A stretch of DNA of 64,000 nt from a virus: the IMG/VR virus record IMGVR_UViG_3300010052_000207, positions 6,790 to 70,789 of that record. One strand, given 5' to 3'. The position numbers and the translations under genes were made by a program. Positions 17,992 to 27,232 of this stretch are shown here, one piece after another (the stretch's first letter is position 1; each line of letters starts with the position of its first letter). The notes beneath the pieces are model-generated. The model was given only the letters and a program-made list of their open reading frames with translations. It made no database searches and was not told the DNA's origin.

Positions 17992-19218
17992 TTAATCCTG
18001 TATCACGGTAGCGTTAATTACGAGAGCTGAGGTCGAGGCCAGAGTTTCACCCCCCCGAATCACCGCCACCGCAAATAGCGTCGTTCCCGTCGCCAGCTTG
18101 AACGGCAGGGCTACGTTGGCCGCCTGCAGCGTCTTGGGCGTGCCGTTGTCCACCAAGTCGCTGCAATGCGCAATGCCGATGAGGTACGGAAGATCGGCCA
18201 CGTTCAGCGCCAGCGCGGAGTTATCGGTGAATGTGCTGTTCGTCGGGTCGGTATGGAAGAAGTGCACGTCATAAGGCGCCGTCAGTGCGGTCTTCTTGCT
18301 CACGCTCACCGATTGAATGATGCCGCTGCCGCCCGATGCCCGCACCGCACTGGTCAGGCTTAGCTTGCCACCCGCCACCATGCCAGTGGTATAAGCGCCC
18401 GCCGTCACCGTGGGAGTAATGGTCAGGTTCACCGAACCGGCCCCGGTGTTGGCAATGATCGTATCGAGCTTCGTGTTGCCCGTGCTCTGGTTCGCGGCGG
18501 TGGCCGCTCCGGTGGGCAGCGGCAGGGCCGCCTGATCGCTGGCGATAACCACGGGTAGCGAGGCGGAGCTGACAGCAGAACCTTGTGCGGGGATTCGGCC
18601 CGTGTTCGTGCCGATCGTCGTGAGGCTCTGAAGGCCCCGCTTCAGAAGAGCGATCAGGCTGAAAGTCCCGGTGTCACTCGACGCGGCGGTGTCGGCTTTC
18701 GCCCCGAGATTCGTATCGACGTTCGCGATGGAGGTGTTGCCAGTGCCCTGCGCGGCAGCAGTCGCTGCCCCGGTGGGAAGCGGAAGCGTGCCGTCCGAGG
18801 CGAGCACGACGGGCGTGGAGGCCGCTGCGAGAGCAATGCCCAGCGCCGGGGTGCGGCTCAGGAGTCGCTTGAACAGGGCGATGAGGCTGAAGGTGCCCGT
18901 GTCGCTACTGGCCGCCGTGTCGGCCTTAGCGCCGATGGCGGTGTCGATGTTCGCGGTGCTCGTGGCGGTGTTGGCGGCCGAGGTGTTGCCGGTCGTCTGG
19001 GCGGATGCTGTGGCGAGACCGGCCGTGTTCGTCGCGATGGTCGCGAGCGCGGAATTCGCCGTGGTCTGGTTGCCCGAGGTAGCCGGGTTGATGATGGCCC
19101 CGCTGCTGTCAAGAACGGGGCGAGCGAAGGCGCTGTTCGTACCGTCGTTGTAGGCGATCATCGGCTTGGTGGCGCCGGTTGCGTCCTTAACGTTGAGGGG
19201 GGTCAAGTCGAAAGTCAT
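17992..19218 (-). CDS. Fibre/adaptor protein, long paralog with internal duplication
   Basis: Ala/Thr-rich stalk followed by the C-terminal domain shared with 15651-16385. Confidence 0.82.
   Translation of the reverse strand: MTFDLTPLNVKDATGATKPMIAYNDGTNSAFARPVLDSSGAIINPATSGNQTTANSALATIATNTAGLATASAQTTGNTSAANTATSTANIDTAIGAKADTAASSDTGTFSLIALFKRLLSRTPALGIALAAASTPVVLASDGTLPLPTGAATAAAQGTGNTSIANVDTNLGAKADTAASSDTGTFSLIALLKRGLQSLTTIGTNTGRIPAQGSAVSSASLPVVIASDQAALPLPTGAATAANQSTGNTKLDTIIANTGAGSVNLTITPTVTAGAYTTGMVAGGKLSLTSAVRASGGSGIIQSVSVSKKTALTAPYDVHFFHTDPTNSTFTDNSALALNVADLPYLIGIAHCSDLVDNGTPKTLQAANVALPFKLATGTTLFAVAVIRGGETLASTSALVINATVIQD
18490..18990 (-). repeat. Two ~70-80 aa internal repeats (GAKADTAASSDTGTFSLIAL..PVV.ASD..LPLPTGAATAA)
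   Basis: Both copies readable in the translation; boundaries approximate. Confidence 0.85.
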
Positions 19219-19233
19219 GCGTTATCTCCTGGT

Positions 19234-19653
19234 TTAAGCTGCGTATGCTGAGTTCTGGGCGTCAGAGAAGTCGAACTGCCCGCCTGCGCCTGCGGGGGGC
19301 TGGGCGGCCAGCATGTCATCGACGGTGGCCAGGTAGATTTGGCCGCCCCGCACGATGGGTATGAGGTCGGTCGTTAGAACGGGAGGCGTCAGGAGCGGGG
19401 CGTCGGCGATGATCCCGCCAAGTGCGCCGCCATCCCCGATTGTTCCCGCTTCGTCAGCAAAAATGGCCAGATGGCCGGGCACCGTTGCCCCGTTCACCGA
19501 GGCGAGGTTGCCCTTGGTGGCGTCGGAAGCGGCCTTCGCGGCGGCGGAGCCAACGACGACGCGGAAATTCTCTTCGGCACGCTCTGCGGGAATCGCGTCG
19601 CCTGTCTGAACAAGCCCGCCATCCGGCAGGTCGCCAATGTATGTGTCTGCCAT
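19234..19653 (-). CDS. Neck/collar fibre-type small structural protein
   Basis: MADTYIGDLP N-terminus, AAAKAASD..SVNGATVPGHLAIFAD segment, FDFSDAQNS C-terminus. Confidence 0.65.
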   Translation of the reverse strand: MADTYIGDLPDGGLVQTGDAIPAERAEENFRVVVGSAAAKAASDATKGNLASVNGATVPGHLAIFADEAGTIGDGGALGGIIADAPLLTPPVLTTDLIPIVRGGQIYLATVDDMLAAQPPAGAGGQFDFSDAQNSAYAA

Positions 19654-19656
19654 TCC

Positions 19657-20082
19657 CTATGCCCTCAAAAGGATTTTGCCGCCGTCTCGCAGCAGGATGT
19701 AGCCGCCGGAGCGGAGCGCGATCGCGCCGATGTCCGGCACGAATTCGACCGAGACCGTTTCGATCGCCTTGATGCTCAGGAAGCGGCTCTGCTCGCTCTG
19801 GTTGATGGCCTCTTTCACCTCGAACACCCGCGTGCCGTATTTCAGGCGGCAGGCGGAGGTGACGTCGCGGCGGAACCGCATGATGATCTCGTGGCTGGCG
19901 GGCACGGCGGTCTGCATCGCCTGGAACCGCTCGTAGGCCCTCTTCGGCTCGATGCTCGCCCAGACGGTGTCGCCATCGACCCAGCTTTCGGTGAACCCGC
20001 CCTGGCCATCGCTGACGCGTCTCACGGTCTGGATCGTCACCCGCCTCTTGAGCGTGGTGGCGAGATTCTCACACTTAGCCAC
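19657..20082 (-). CDS. Head closure protein (SPP1 gp16-like) with C-terminal extension
   Basis: LKRRVTIQ..DGQGG..VWASIEP..HEIIMRFR pattern. Confidence 0.9.
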   Translation of the reverse strand: MAKCENLATTLKRRVTIQTVRRVSDGQGGFTESWVDGDTVWASIEPKRAYERFQAMQTAVPASHEIIMRFRRDVTSACRLKYGTRVFEVKEAINQSEQSRFLSIKAIETVSVEFVPDIGAIALRSGGYILLRDGGKILLRA

Positions 20083-20707
20083 GCGAGTCCCCCATGACCC
20101 GATAGGGCTGGAGGAGCATCCGGCAGGCGTCGCTCATCTCGCAGCCGCACTGGCCGTCGTACATCTGGGCCGCGTGCATGATGATCGCGGTGCGGATCGG
20201 CCTGGGCACGTCGGTGGCGGCGGGGCCGTGCCCGGCGGTGTAGATGATCTCGGTGGCGTTCGTCGAGCGGAGGCCGCTGGGCCAGGTCTCGCCCGAGTTC
20301 AGGACGATCCGGTCGCCGAATACGCTGTATCTTGTGCTCTCGTAGAGCGTTGGGTCGTTCAGGGTGTCGTAGGTGGTGACGGACGTGACGCCGATCACCG
20401 GCCCCTGGGGTAATTCCAGCTTCGAGGGGAGGTAGCCGTCGAAGTAGTTAACCGGGAGCTGGTAGTAGCCTGGATTCCACTCGGAGCGCCCGCAGCCTGC
20501 GTTATCCATCGAGAGCTTGAGCGTCCGGGTGATGAAGCTCCGCTTGGTGTAACTCTCCGCAGCGGTGCGGGCGGTCTCGATCCATCCCGCTATGTGGGCG
20601 TCGTCGTCCGAGCCGTCGATTCGGGCGTAGGCCTTCACCTCCGCGACCGTGACCGGCTCGATGGCAGGCCCGGTAACGGTGGTGACGAGGGAGGGGGGCT
20701 GGCTCAT
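20075..20707 (-). CDS. Head-tail connector (gp6-like)
   Basis: EPVTVAEVKAYARIDG..ARTAAESYT..VPRPIRTAI pattern. Confidence 0.9.
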   Translation of the reverse strand: MSQPPSLVTTVTGPAIEPVTVAEVKAYARIDGSDDDAHIAGWIETARTAAESYTKRSFITRTLKLSMDNAGCGRSEWNPGYYQLPVNYFDGYLPSKLELPQGPVIGVTSVTTYDTLNDPTLYESTRYSVFGDRIVLNSGETWPSGLRSTNATEIIYTAGHGPAATDVPRPIRTAIIMHAAQMYDGQCGCEMSDACRMLLQPYRVMGDSRG

Positions 20708-21070
20708 CTAGATCGGCCGGACCGCGAGCGTGACGATTGTGTCGGTTGTGGACTGGTTGGTGCCGGAGACGAGCTTGAGGAACCGGCAGCCTTTCAGCAC
20801 CGCGACCTGGTCGGCCTTCAGCCCGTAGTAGCCGGAGGCAGTCACGCTGAAGCTGATCGCCGAGCCGCCGGAGTCTTTGACGGGCACGAACGTGCCGTCA
20901 CTGGCGGGTGCAGAGGTGAAGCTCAGGGCCGTGCCGTCGAATTCAGCCGGGAGGTATATCCCGTAGAGGACGCCTCCGTGCAGATCGATAGGCCCGGTCG
21001 AGGGGGTGCCGCTGGCGATAGTCGCCGTGAGGAAGGACGTGACCGGGTTGAAGCTCTCGACGGCGGGCAC
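20708..21070 (-). CDS. Hypothetical structural protein
   Basis: Clean ORF in head gene cluster. Confidence 0.7.
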   Translation of the reverse strand: MPAVESFNPVTSFLTATIASGTPSTGPIDLHGGVLYGIYLPAEFDGTALSFTSAPASDGTFVPVKDSGGSAISFSVTASGYYGLKADQVAVLKGCRFLKLVSGTNQSTTDTIVTLAVRPI

Positions 21071-21579
21071 TACTTCTTGCCCTTCTTCTTGGCCTTCTTG
21101 GTGTCTTTGGCATCGTCGCCTTCGGTATCCTCACTCTCGGCTTGTTCGATCAGGACACGCAGATCCTGCTCGCTCATCGTGGAGTCAACCTCGAGGCCGT
21201 AGGTGTCGCGTGCCAGTGCGACCAGCTCCTCGATGTTCTGGGTGTCGAGCTCAACGCCAGCTTCGCCTTCCTTGGTTTCGTCGGGCGTGACGATCTTGGT
21301 TTCGGTTGGGCCGGTGACCTTAGTGTCACGGAGATCGGCCGGGTTTACCGCAGCCCCCTTCTTGACCTTCGCGTTGGCGGGCAGATCACCCTCTGTGAGC
21401 GTTTCGCCGTCCGCGAGTTCGCGGGGCTGGATGCCGCTGACTTCCTCGACCGCACCGAGGTGGTAGAACTGCTCGGCGAGATCGGGATTGAGGGGATAGG
21501 TCTCGCCCTTGTTAAAGGTCTCGACCTTCAGGCCGTCGCGGGAACCCGTGCGGGTGCTCAGCATCTTGTACGTCTTCAT
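21070..21579 (-). CDS. Hypothetical head-associated protein (acidic, Lys-rich tail)
   Basis: RBS GGAGG before MKTYKM. Confidence 0.7.
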   Translation of the reverse strand: MKTYKMLSTRTGSRDGLKVETFNKGETYPLNPDLAEQFYHLGAVEEVSGIQPRELADGETLTEGDLPANAKVKKGAAVNPADLRDTKVTGPTETKIVTPDETKEGEAGVELDTQNIEELVALARDTYGLEVDSTMSEQDLRVLIEQAESEDTEGDDAKDTKKAKKKGKK

Positions 21580-21587
21580 AAGCCCTC

Positions 21588-22118
21588 CTATGCGATCTTT
21601 TCGAGGCACACCGCGAACTTGATCGAGCCGGTGGTGTGCGGGGTTGCGGGCGTGCCGCCCGAGTACTGGAAATAGACCTGTGCGCCCGCGGCGGAGGCCG
21701 TGTCACTGGTGCCGGTCAGGAACGGCACTTTGGTGTTGCCCCACGGGAGCGTCGCGGACGGCGCGGATTCGAGGTCGGCGTTGGCGATCGTTGTCCAGAC
21801 GGTGGTGCCGTCGGTCAGGCTCAGCAGGCGGTCGCCGCCGGCGCCGAAGTTGGTGCCGCCGCCCACGAGGCGGACGTCGCGGACCTTGTACTGGTCGGTG
21901 GCATTGGCTCCGGTGCCAGCCGCGATCACGTTCACCTTGCCGGTGCCGGTGGAGGCGTCCAGCAGGGTCGCGGTGCAGGTTACATCCACCCACTTCAGTT
22001 CGCTCATGGCGATGGCGTTGCTCTGGCGGGTGCCCAGCGCGGCGTCAACCACGCCGCCGGTGACGATGTTCAGGCGGTCGCCGTTGTTGTCCTTGTAAAC
22101 TTTTGTTCCGTAGCTCAT
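21588..22118 (-). CDS. Head fibre/decoration-type protein (MSYGTKVYKDNNGD...)
   Basis: RBS AGGAGGAG; start re-assigned from the track ORF. Confidence 0.7.
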   Translation of the reverse strand: MSYGTKVYKDNNGDRLNIVTGGVVDAALGTRQSNAIAMSELKWVDVTCTATLLDASTGTGKVNVIAAGTGANATDQYKVRDVRLVGGGTNFGAGGDRLLSLTDGTTVWTTIANADLESAPSATLPWGNTKVPFLTGTSDTASAAGAQVYFQYSGGTPATPHTTGSIKFAVCLEKIA

Positions 22119-22170
22119 ACATCTCCTCCTTGGGAAAAGTGGGGCGGCGCGGAGGCCGCCCCGGGTTCGA

Positions 22171-22635
22171 TTACGTGTTGGCGTTGGCGGGCTGGGCGCG
22201 GTTGCGGCCGCGGAGGCCGAGCAGCGCCACGGAGGTGCCGGTCGAATGCGTGCCGGAGAAGTTGAACTTCCCGCGGATGAACCGCTTGTTGCCGCGGTAG
22301 CCCACGACATAGGACTGGGAGCAGTCGGCGTTGGCGGCGATCACTTTCACGGTCCCGACGTTGGTGCCGGTGACGTAGTTAGTGAGGTCGGAGTTGGCGA
22401 CGGCGGTATAGCTGCCATCCACGTCAGTGTCGGCCTCCTGCACCTCCAGTTCCAGCTTGTCGGTACCGGAGTAGGTGTCGCCATTGGCGCCGATCACAAA
22501 TACGAGCATGGCGTCGTCGCAGGCGCGCAGGTCGAGGCCGCTGCCGTCGGCGGGTACGGTGTCGGCGGTGCGGATGAGGGGAACGAGCATCGTCGAGACG
22601 CCCGTGGCGGAGTAGAGGGAAGAACGGTTAGTCAT
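22171..22635 (-). CDS. Capsid decoration-like protein
   Basis: Directly after major capsid gene; YVVGYRGNKRFIR motif. Confidence 0.7.
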   Translation of the reverse strand: MTNRSSLYSATGVSTMLVPLIRTADTVPADGSGLDLRACDDAMLVFVIGANGDTYSGTDKLELEVQEADTDVDGSYTAVANSDLTNYVTGTNVGTVKVIAANADCSQSYVVGYRGNKRFIRGKFNFSGTHSTGTSVALLGLRGRNRAQPANANT

Positions 22636-22707
22636 GGTGAATTCCTTTCAGTGGGGTGGGGACGGCACGATGCCGCCCCCGGTGTTAGGTGAGCAATTCG
22701 TTGAAAA

Positions 22708-24039
22708 CTAAGTAGAAATCTTCATAATCTTAACTGCCTCGTAGTTGACCACAGCGCCGCCAACCCGCTTGGTCGTGTAGAACTTCACGAACGGCTTGTC
22801 GGTGAACGGATCACGGAGGATGCGGATGCCGGTGCGGTCGACGATCTGGTACGCCGCCTTGAAGTCGCCGTAGGCGGCCGCGAGGGCATTGGTGGCGACC
22901 GTCGGCATGTCCGTCGCGAAATACAGCGGAGCGCCGAGGACGCTACGCTGCAGGCCGATACGCATGTCGTACTGCATATTGAAGATCGGGGTGCCGTTAC
23001 CGTCCTTTAGGAGCAGCAGGTTGCCGAAGCCGAGACGGTTGACCAGCCAGGACGCGTTGCCCTGGTACTCTTCCTTGAGAGCGGACTGGAGGTTGACCAG
23101 GCCGTCGTAGCCGAAGGCCGAGGCCGAGCCGCTGACGATCTGCTCGATCTGCTGCGAACCGATGCTGGTGCCCGCCGTGTAGGTCAGGATACCGCGAGGT
23201 TGGAGCACGCCGTCGCCGGACATGAATGCGGTGTTCTCCATGCGGGCGAACTTCTGGGCTACCTTCGCCGCCAGCCACGCCTCGATGTCCACCGCCGCGT
23301 CGTCGATCAGCTTCTGCGTTGCCTTGGGCATCGCGTAGATCTCGTTGACCGGGATGACCAGCTTGGACAGACGGGGGGTGTTGGTTTCAGGACGGGCCTG
23401 AGTTTCACCCACCCAACCGGCACTGGCCTCATCGTTGTCGAGCATGTACTCGAGCGAGTCGGAGCTGATCGTCTGGACGCTGGCGAGCTGGCGCATCGGC
23501 GAGGTTTCGCGGACGAGCGTGGTGATGGTACCGCCCAGGGTCGGGATGACCAGATAGCCGCCGTCGGGGTCGCTGTTGACCGACATGGTCTTCAGCGCAA
23601 GGGTGCGGGCCTCATCGTCGGCCTTTTCCGTGCGGCGGAGGTAGTCGGTGTAGTCCTCGCCTTTCACGGCACCTTTGCGGGCGAACTCGTTGAACAGCTC
23701 GGTGCTCTTCTTGTTCACTTCCTCGGCGCTATTTTTGACCTCGGACGTGGTCACGGAGATCGGCCGGGAGAGGGCCGTTTCCAGAAGGGCTTGCTTTTCT
23801 TCGAGGGCTTTGAACTGGGCGTCACGAGCCTTGGATTCGTCCTCGGCCGCCTTTACGACGCCTTCGGCTTTCTGAGCCAGATCGATGCCCTTGGCAATGT
23901 CCTCGGCCATCTTGTTGAACTTAGCCTGATCGAAACCCTCGACATTCTTCATCTTGCCTTTGATGTCGGTGAAATCGGTTTTCAGTGCTTCGAACGCGGT
24001 CAGTGCGCCCTCAATGGACTTCTGAATTTCTACTTCCAT
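22708..24039 (-). CDS. Major capsid protein, HK97 fold
   Basis: DPDGGYLV, SPMRQLA, FARMENTAFMSGDG..PRGIL, YTTKRVGG motifs. Confidence 0.97.
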   Translation of the reverse strand: MEVEIQKSIEGALTAFEALKTDFTDIKGKMKNVEGFDQAKFNKMAEDIAKGIDLAQKAEGVVKAAEDESKARDAQFKALEEKQALLETALSRPISVTTSEVKNSAEEVNKKSTELFNEFARKGAVKGEDYTDYLRRTEKADDEARTLALKTMSVNSDPDGGYLVIPTLGGTITTLVRETSPMRQLASVQTISSDSLEYMLDNDEASAGWVGETQARPETNTPRLSKLVIPVNEIYAMPKATQKLIDDAAVDIEAWLAAKVAQKFARMENTAFMSGDGVLQPRGILTYTAGTSIGSQQIEQIVSGSASAFGYDGLVNLQSALKEEYQGNASWLVNRLGFGNLLLLKDGNGTPIFNMQYDMRIGLQRSVLGAPLYFATDMPTVATNALAAAYGDFKAAYQIVDRTGIRILRDPFTDKPFVKFYTTKRVGGAVVNYEAVKIMKIST

Positions 24040-24048
24040 GTAAACTAC

Positions 24049-24666
24049 CTATACTTTGAACTTGTTAAACAATTTGCTCAGTGTTTCCAGCTCCGGGTTC
24101 TCAGCCTCTCGCTGACTTCCAAGTGCCTTGAATCCGCCGGCGACGATGGTCTTCGCCTCCTGGCGGCTATAGCCTGCATCCCGCAGGAATTTCTCCAGAT
24201 CCCTCTCGGTTTCCGGTTTGCTTTTCACGCCCATGATGCGGGCCATCTCGTTCGCCGGGAACGTCACGAGCGACACTTCCCACAGTTTCACGGATTGGAT
24301 GGTGCGCGTGTTATTCTCGCGGTCCACGATGTATTTCTGGGTCGTGAAGCCGATGCTCATACTGTCGATGGCGCCGGCCTTGGCCAGCTTGTAGGCGTCC
24401 TCACCCAGCGTAGTGTCGAGGATCGTGCCCTTGACGTAGAGGCCCTGCGGCGTCTCGTTGGCCTCGTTCCAGACGCCGATCACCTGGTCGGTGCGGTGCT
24501 GCCAGAGCATCTTGGGCATCTTCGTCCTGATGGAGTCGACGAATGCGCCGGGTGCGATGATGTCGTTGTCGGAATCGGCGTTGCCAAAGGTCGAAGCCCA
24601 GCCCTCGATAGTGCGCGCGGCCTCATCGGCCTTCACGTCGTGAAGGTTGAAGTGCTTGATTTCCAT
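24049..24666 (-). CDS. HK97-family prohead protease
   Basis: IEGWASTF..MLWQH..SMSIGF..LWEVSLVTFPAN. Confidence 0.96.
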   Translation of the reverse strand: MEIKHFNLHDVKADEAARTIEGWASTFGNADSDNDIIAPGAFVDSIRTKMPKMLWQHRTDQVIGVWNEANETPQGLYVKGTILDTTLGEDAYKLAKAGAIDSMSIGFTTQKYIVDRENNTRTIQSVKLWEVSLVTFPANEMARIMGVKSKPETERDLEKFLRDAGYSRQEAKTIVAGGFKALGSQREAENPELETLSKLFNKFKV

Positions 24667-24683
24667 GTCTGATACCAGAGTTG

Positions 24684-24899
24684 TTACAGGGTTACGATGT
24701 TGCCGGTCGTGTGGTCGATCATTCCGTGCGTCACCTTCGCGGGGCCGTCGCCGATCTTGATGGTCGAGCGCAGGATGCTGATGTATCCGTCGCAGAAGAG
24801 AATTTCTGATTTGGCTTCGATGGTGATGGCGAGGCCGGGCGCGGGCGGGCGGAAGTCAGCGGCGATGACGTTGCCGTGCTGGGAGAGGATGCGGGTCAT
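24684..24899 (-). CDS. Small hypothetical protein
   Basis: ATGA overlap with upstream ORF. Confidence 0.5.
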   Translation of the reverse strand: MTRILSQHGNVIAADFRPPAPGLAITIEAKSEILFCDGYISILRSTIKIGDGPAKVTHGMIDHTTGNIVTL

Positions 24900-25162
24900 G
24901 CGGCGAGAGAGTTCAGGAACTCGGCCACCTGCTGGCACCTGATGAAGTTCTCGTTCTCATCTGCGAGGATCGTGGTTCCCAGAACGGGCACCTCTGGAAC
25001 CCTGTCATTGTGAAAGTGGAAACAGACCGAATTATGGCCGCTCTCATCAGCAATCAGCACGGCGCTTCCTGCTCGCTCTGCGTGGTATGGGCCAGGACGG
25101 GATACTGTGATTGGCAGGTCAAAATACGGCGTTTGGATGCTTCGCTCTGCTATCAAAATCAT
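24896..25162 (-). CDS. Small hypothetical protein
   Basis: ATGA overlap with minor head gene stop. Confidence 0.5.
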   Translation of the reverse strand: MILIAERSIQTPYFDLPITVSRPGPYHAERAGSAVLIADESGHNSVCFHFHNDRVPEVPVLGTTILADENENFIRCQQVAEFLNSLAA

Positions 25163-25911
25163 TCGCTCTTCTCCTCGAATACCATTGCGCAACGACATCC
25201 TATGACCATTCCCGCACTTGCCCCCGTATCTCCCGGCCGGTCCATGGCTTCACCGCCGACAATGAACTTCTCGTCCATCGCAACCTTCTGGCCATCTGCT
25301 GCCAAATGCTCGGGGCGCGTCCGATCATCTCGTGTGGCGAGCCACTCTTTGACCATCACCACGTCCAGGTCCCGCTCGGCCTGCCTCACCGATTCGATGC
25401 TCCCGAACGTCGCGGCGGCATGGGTCTCGGTGCGAGCGACCACCGAAGCCCGGTAGGGAGTTAGTTGGCTGACCTTGCGGATGTTCCTTGCGATTTCCGC
25501 CGCCCCCAACCCATCGTCGATGCCCGCCTGAATGGCCCCGATCACATCGTCGCGGTCGGTGTCGGCAATCATGGTCGCCTTGCGTAGCGCCTCGCGGTTG
25601 ATCCATTCGGCGATCAGCGATTCGTAGATGGTCTGGGCGGCCTTCTTCTCGATGCGACGGGACTTGACCTGCCCCAGGGCCATCTTCCCGAAGACGGGGA
25701 TGGTACGGCGGTAGTGGTCCTCGATCACGTTCCGCACGCGGATTCGGTGAGCGATGAAGACGTGGGCCGGCGGGTGGCCCTTATCCTCGAACGCCCTCGC
25801 GGCGTCCGTGATCATCGCGTTACGGGCCTTGCCCTGTTCGCCGCGTAGCCGGGCCTCGAGCACCTTCATGGCGTGGAGCCACGCCCGGAGCTGGAGGCGG
25901 CGGTCAACCAT
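25159..25911 (-). CDS. Minor head protein (Mu F / SPP1 gp7-like)
   Basis: ARTETH..KEWLATRDDRTR..H..DGQ..GCRC motif. Confidence 0.9.
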   Translation of the reverse strand: MVDRRLQLRAWLHAMKVLEARLRGEQGKARNAMITDAARAFEDKGHPPAHVFIAHRIRVRNVIEDHYRRTIPVFGKMALGQVKSRRIEKKAAQTIYESLIAEWINREALRKATMIADTDRDDVIGAIQAGIDDGLGAAEIARNIRKVSQLTPYRASVVARTETHAAATFGSIESVRQAERDLDVVMVKEWLATRDDRTRPEHLAADGQKVAMDEKFIVGGEAMDRPGDTGASAGMVIGCRCAMVFEEKSE

Positions 25912-27232
25912 TGGCGTTCGGATCGGCCGGGGCTGTTGGATCGGTGCCGGCGGCTGGGCTGCCCGGTTCCGAGAGGTCTACCTGACCCGCCAGGTCCATC
26001 GGTATGCTCGTGGTCGGGATCAATATCACTTCCCCGCCGTCGGCATCGTCCAGGCCCATCGCTTGACGCTTCTCGTTGATCCTCATGAAGGTGGCTGCGT
26101 TCACCCGGTCGCTCTTGGCTTTCCTGAGCGGCTCCAACGCCGGGATCATCTCTTCGTCGTACCAGAGGTAGAGCCCGTCGCCGTATTGGGGCGTGAGCCA
26201 GCGGTTCAGGCCCCCGATGATGAGCTGGAGGATCGGCAGGACCGTCTCCGTCCAGAAGGCGAGCGTGGCTTGTTCGTAATTCGAGTAGGTGTTATCCCCC
26301 GGAATGCCCAGGAGTTGCGGCGGCACACCGAAGGCCAGAGCGATCTCGCGGGCGGCGGAGTGCTTCCCGTTCAGAAAGTCCATGTCCGTGGGGTTCAGGC
26401 TCATTTCCTGCCATTCCAGCCCGCCTTCGAGCAGGAGCGGCTTTCCGTTGTTACCCGCTCCGGAGTACTCCTCGTCGAGCATCGCCTTGAGCCGGTTGAA
26501 CTGCTCGTCGGTCAAGGTGGCCTGCTGGCCGTCCTTCCCCTTGGCGATCAGCGCTCCCGAAGGCCTGGCGCCCTGCTTGAGCAGGCTGTAATTCCAGACG
26601 TTGCCCGCGTTGTGCATGTCGATGGCCAGCGCGGCGGCGTCCATCGGGGCCATGCCGTACCACGGCGAGAGCGGATTGAACGTCTTGACGTGGAGCACTT
26701 CCGAGCGGGCGGTGAGCAAGTCCACCGGGTAGGCGATGCGGGTCGAGGCGTCCGGCTTGTAGACGTATTCCTTAGGGATGCCGGCGTAGAGGCCAGACTC
26801 GACGGTGACGTGTCCGGGGCTGAGCAGGAAGAGCTGCTTCGGCGGCCTGCGAACCGCTCCTCGATCTGCGATGCCCGCCCCGTGGACGTAGGCGTTGCCC
26901 GAGAGGGCGTAGTAGCTCGCCAGGTGACCGAGGAACTCTCGCCCCGACTGGAGCGGGTTGGGCCGGTCGAGGAGCTTGAGCAATTCGGACTCGGTGACCC
27001 GGTCGACCTGATCGCCCTTCTCCTTGAACAGGTGCAGTTCAACGGAGGCCACGGCGTTGGCGATGCGGTTGGCACAGGCGAATGCGACGGCGTTCTGGCC
27101 GTAGCCCTCTTTCGCGAGTCGGCCATAGCTCGCCGCAGCGGGCGTCAGGAGGCGGCTGCCGAAGTAGTAGCCGCCGGCCGAGAGTGATTTCTTCTCGGGG
27201 ATGGGGGCTTCTTTGCGGCGGAACCAGGACAT
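25904..27232 (-). CDS. Portal protein, HK97 family
   Basis: RPNPLQS, LSGNAY, GARPSG, LLEGGLEW, AREIALAFGVPP; start at TGATG overlap with terL. Confidence 0.95.
   Translation of the reverse strand: MSWFRRKEAPIPEKKSLSAGGYYFGSRLLTPAAASYGRLAKEGYGQNAVAFACANRIANAVASVELHLFKEKGDQVDRVTESELLKLLDRPNPLQSGREFLGHLASYYALSGNAYVHGAGIADRGAVRRPPKQLFLLSPGHVTVESGLYAGIPKEYVYKPDASTRIAYPVDLLTARSEVLHVKTFNPLSPWYGMAPMDAAALAIDMHNAGNVWNYSLLKQGARPSGALIAKGKDGQQATLTDEQFNRLKAMLDEEYSGAGNNGKPLLLEGGLEWQEMSLNPTDMDFLNGKHSAAREIALAFGVPPQLLGIPGDNTYSNYEQATLAFWTETVLPILQLIIGGLNRWLTPQYGDGLYLWYDEEMIPALEPLRKAKSDRVNAATFMRINEKRQAMGLDDADGGEVILIPTTSIPMDLAGQVDLSEPGSPAAGTDPTAPADPNANG

Noticed and set aside
23200-27187. Long plus-strand ORFs (490 aa, 477 aa) opposite capsid, protease and portal
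   Set aside because: Antisense shadows of high-GC coding genes; no RBS or recognisable motifs. The same applies to 49951-51186 and similar track ORFs
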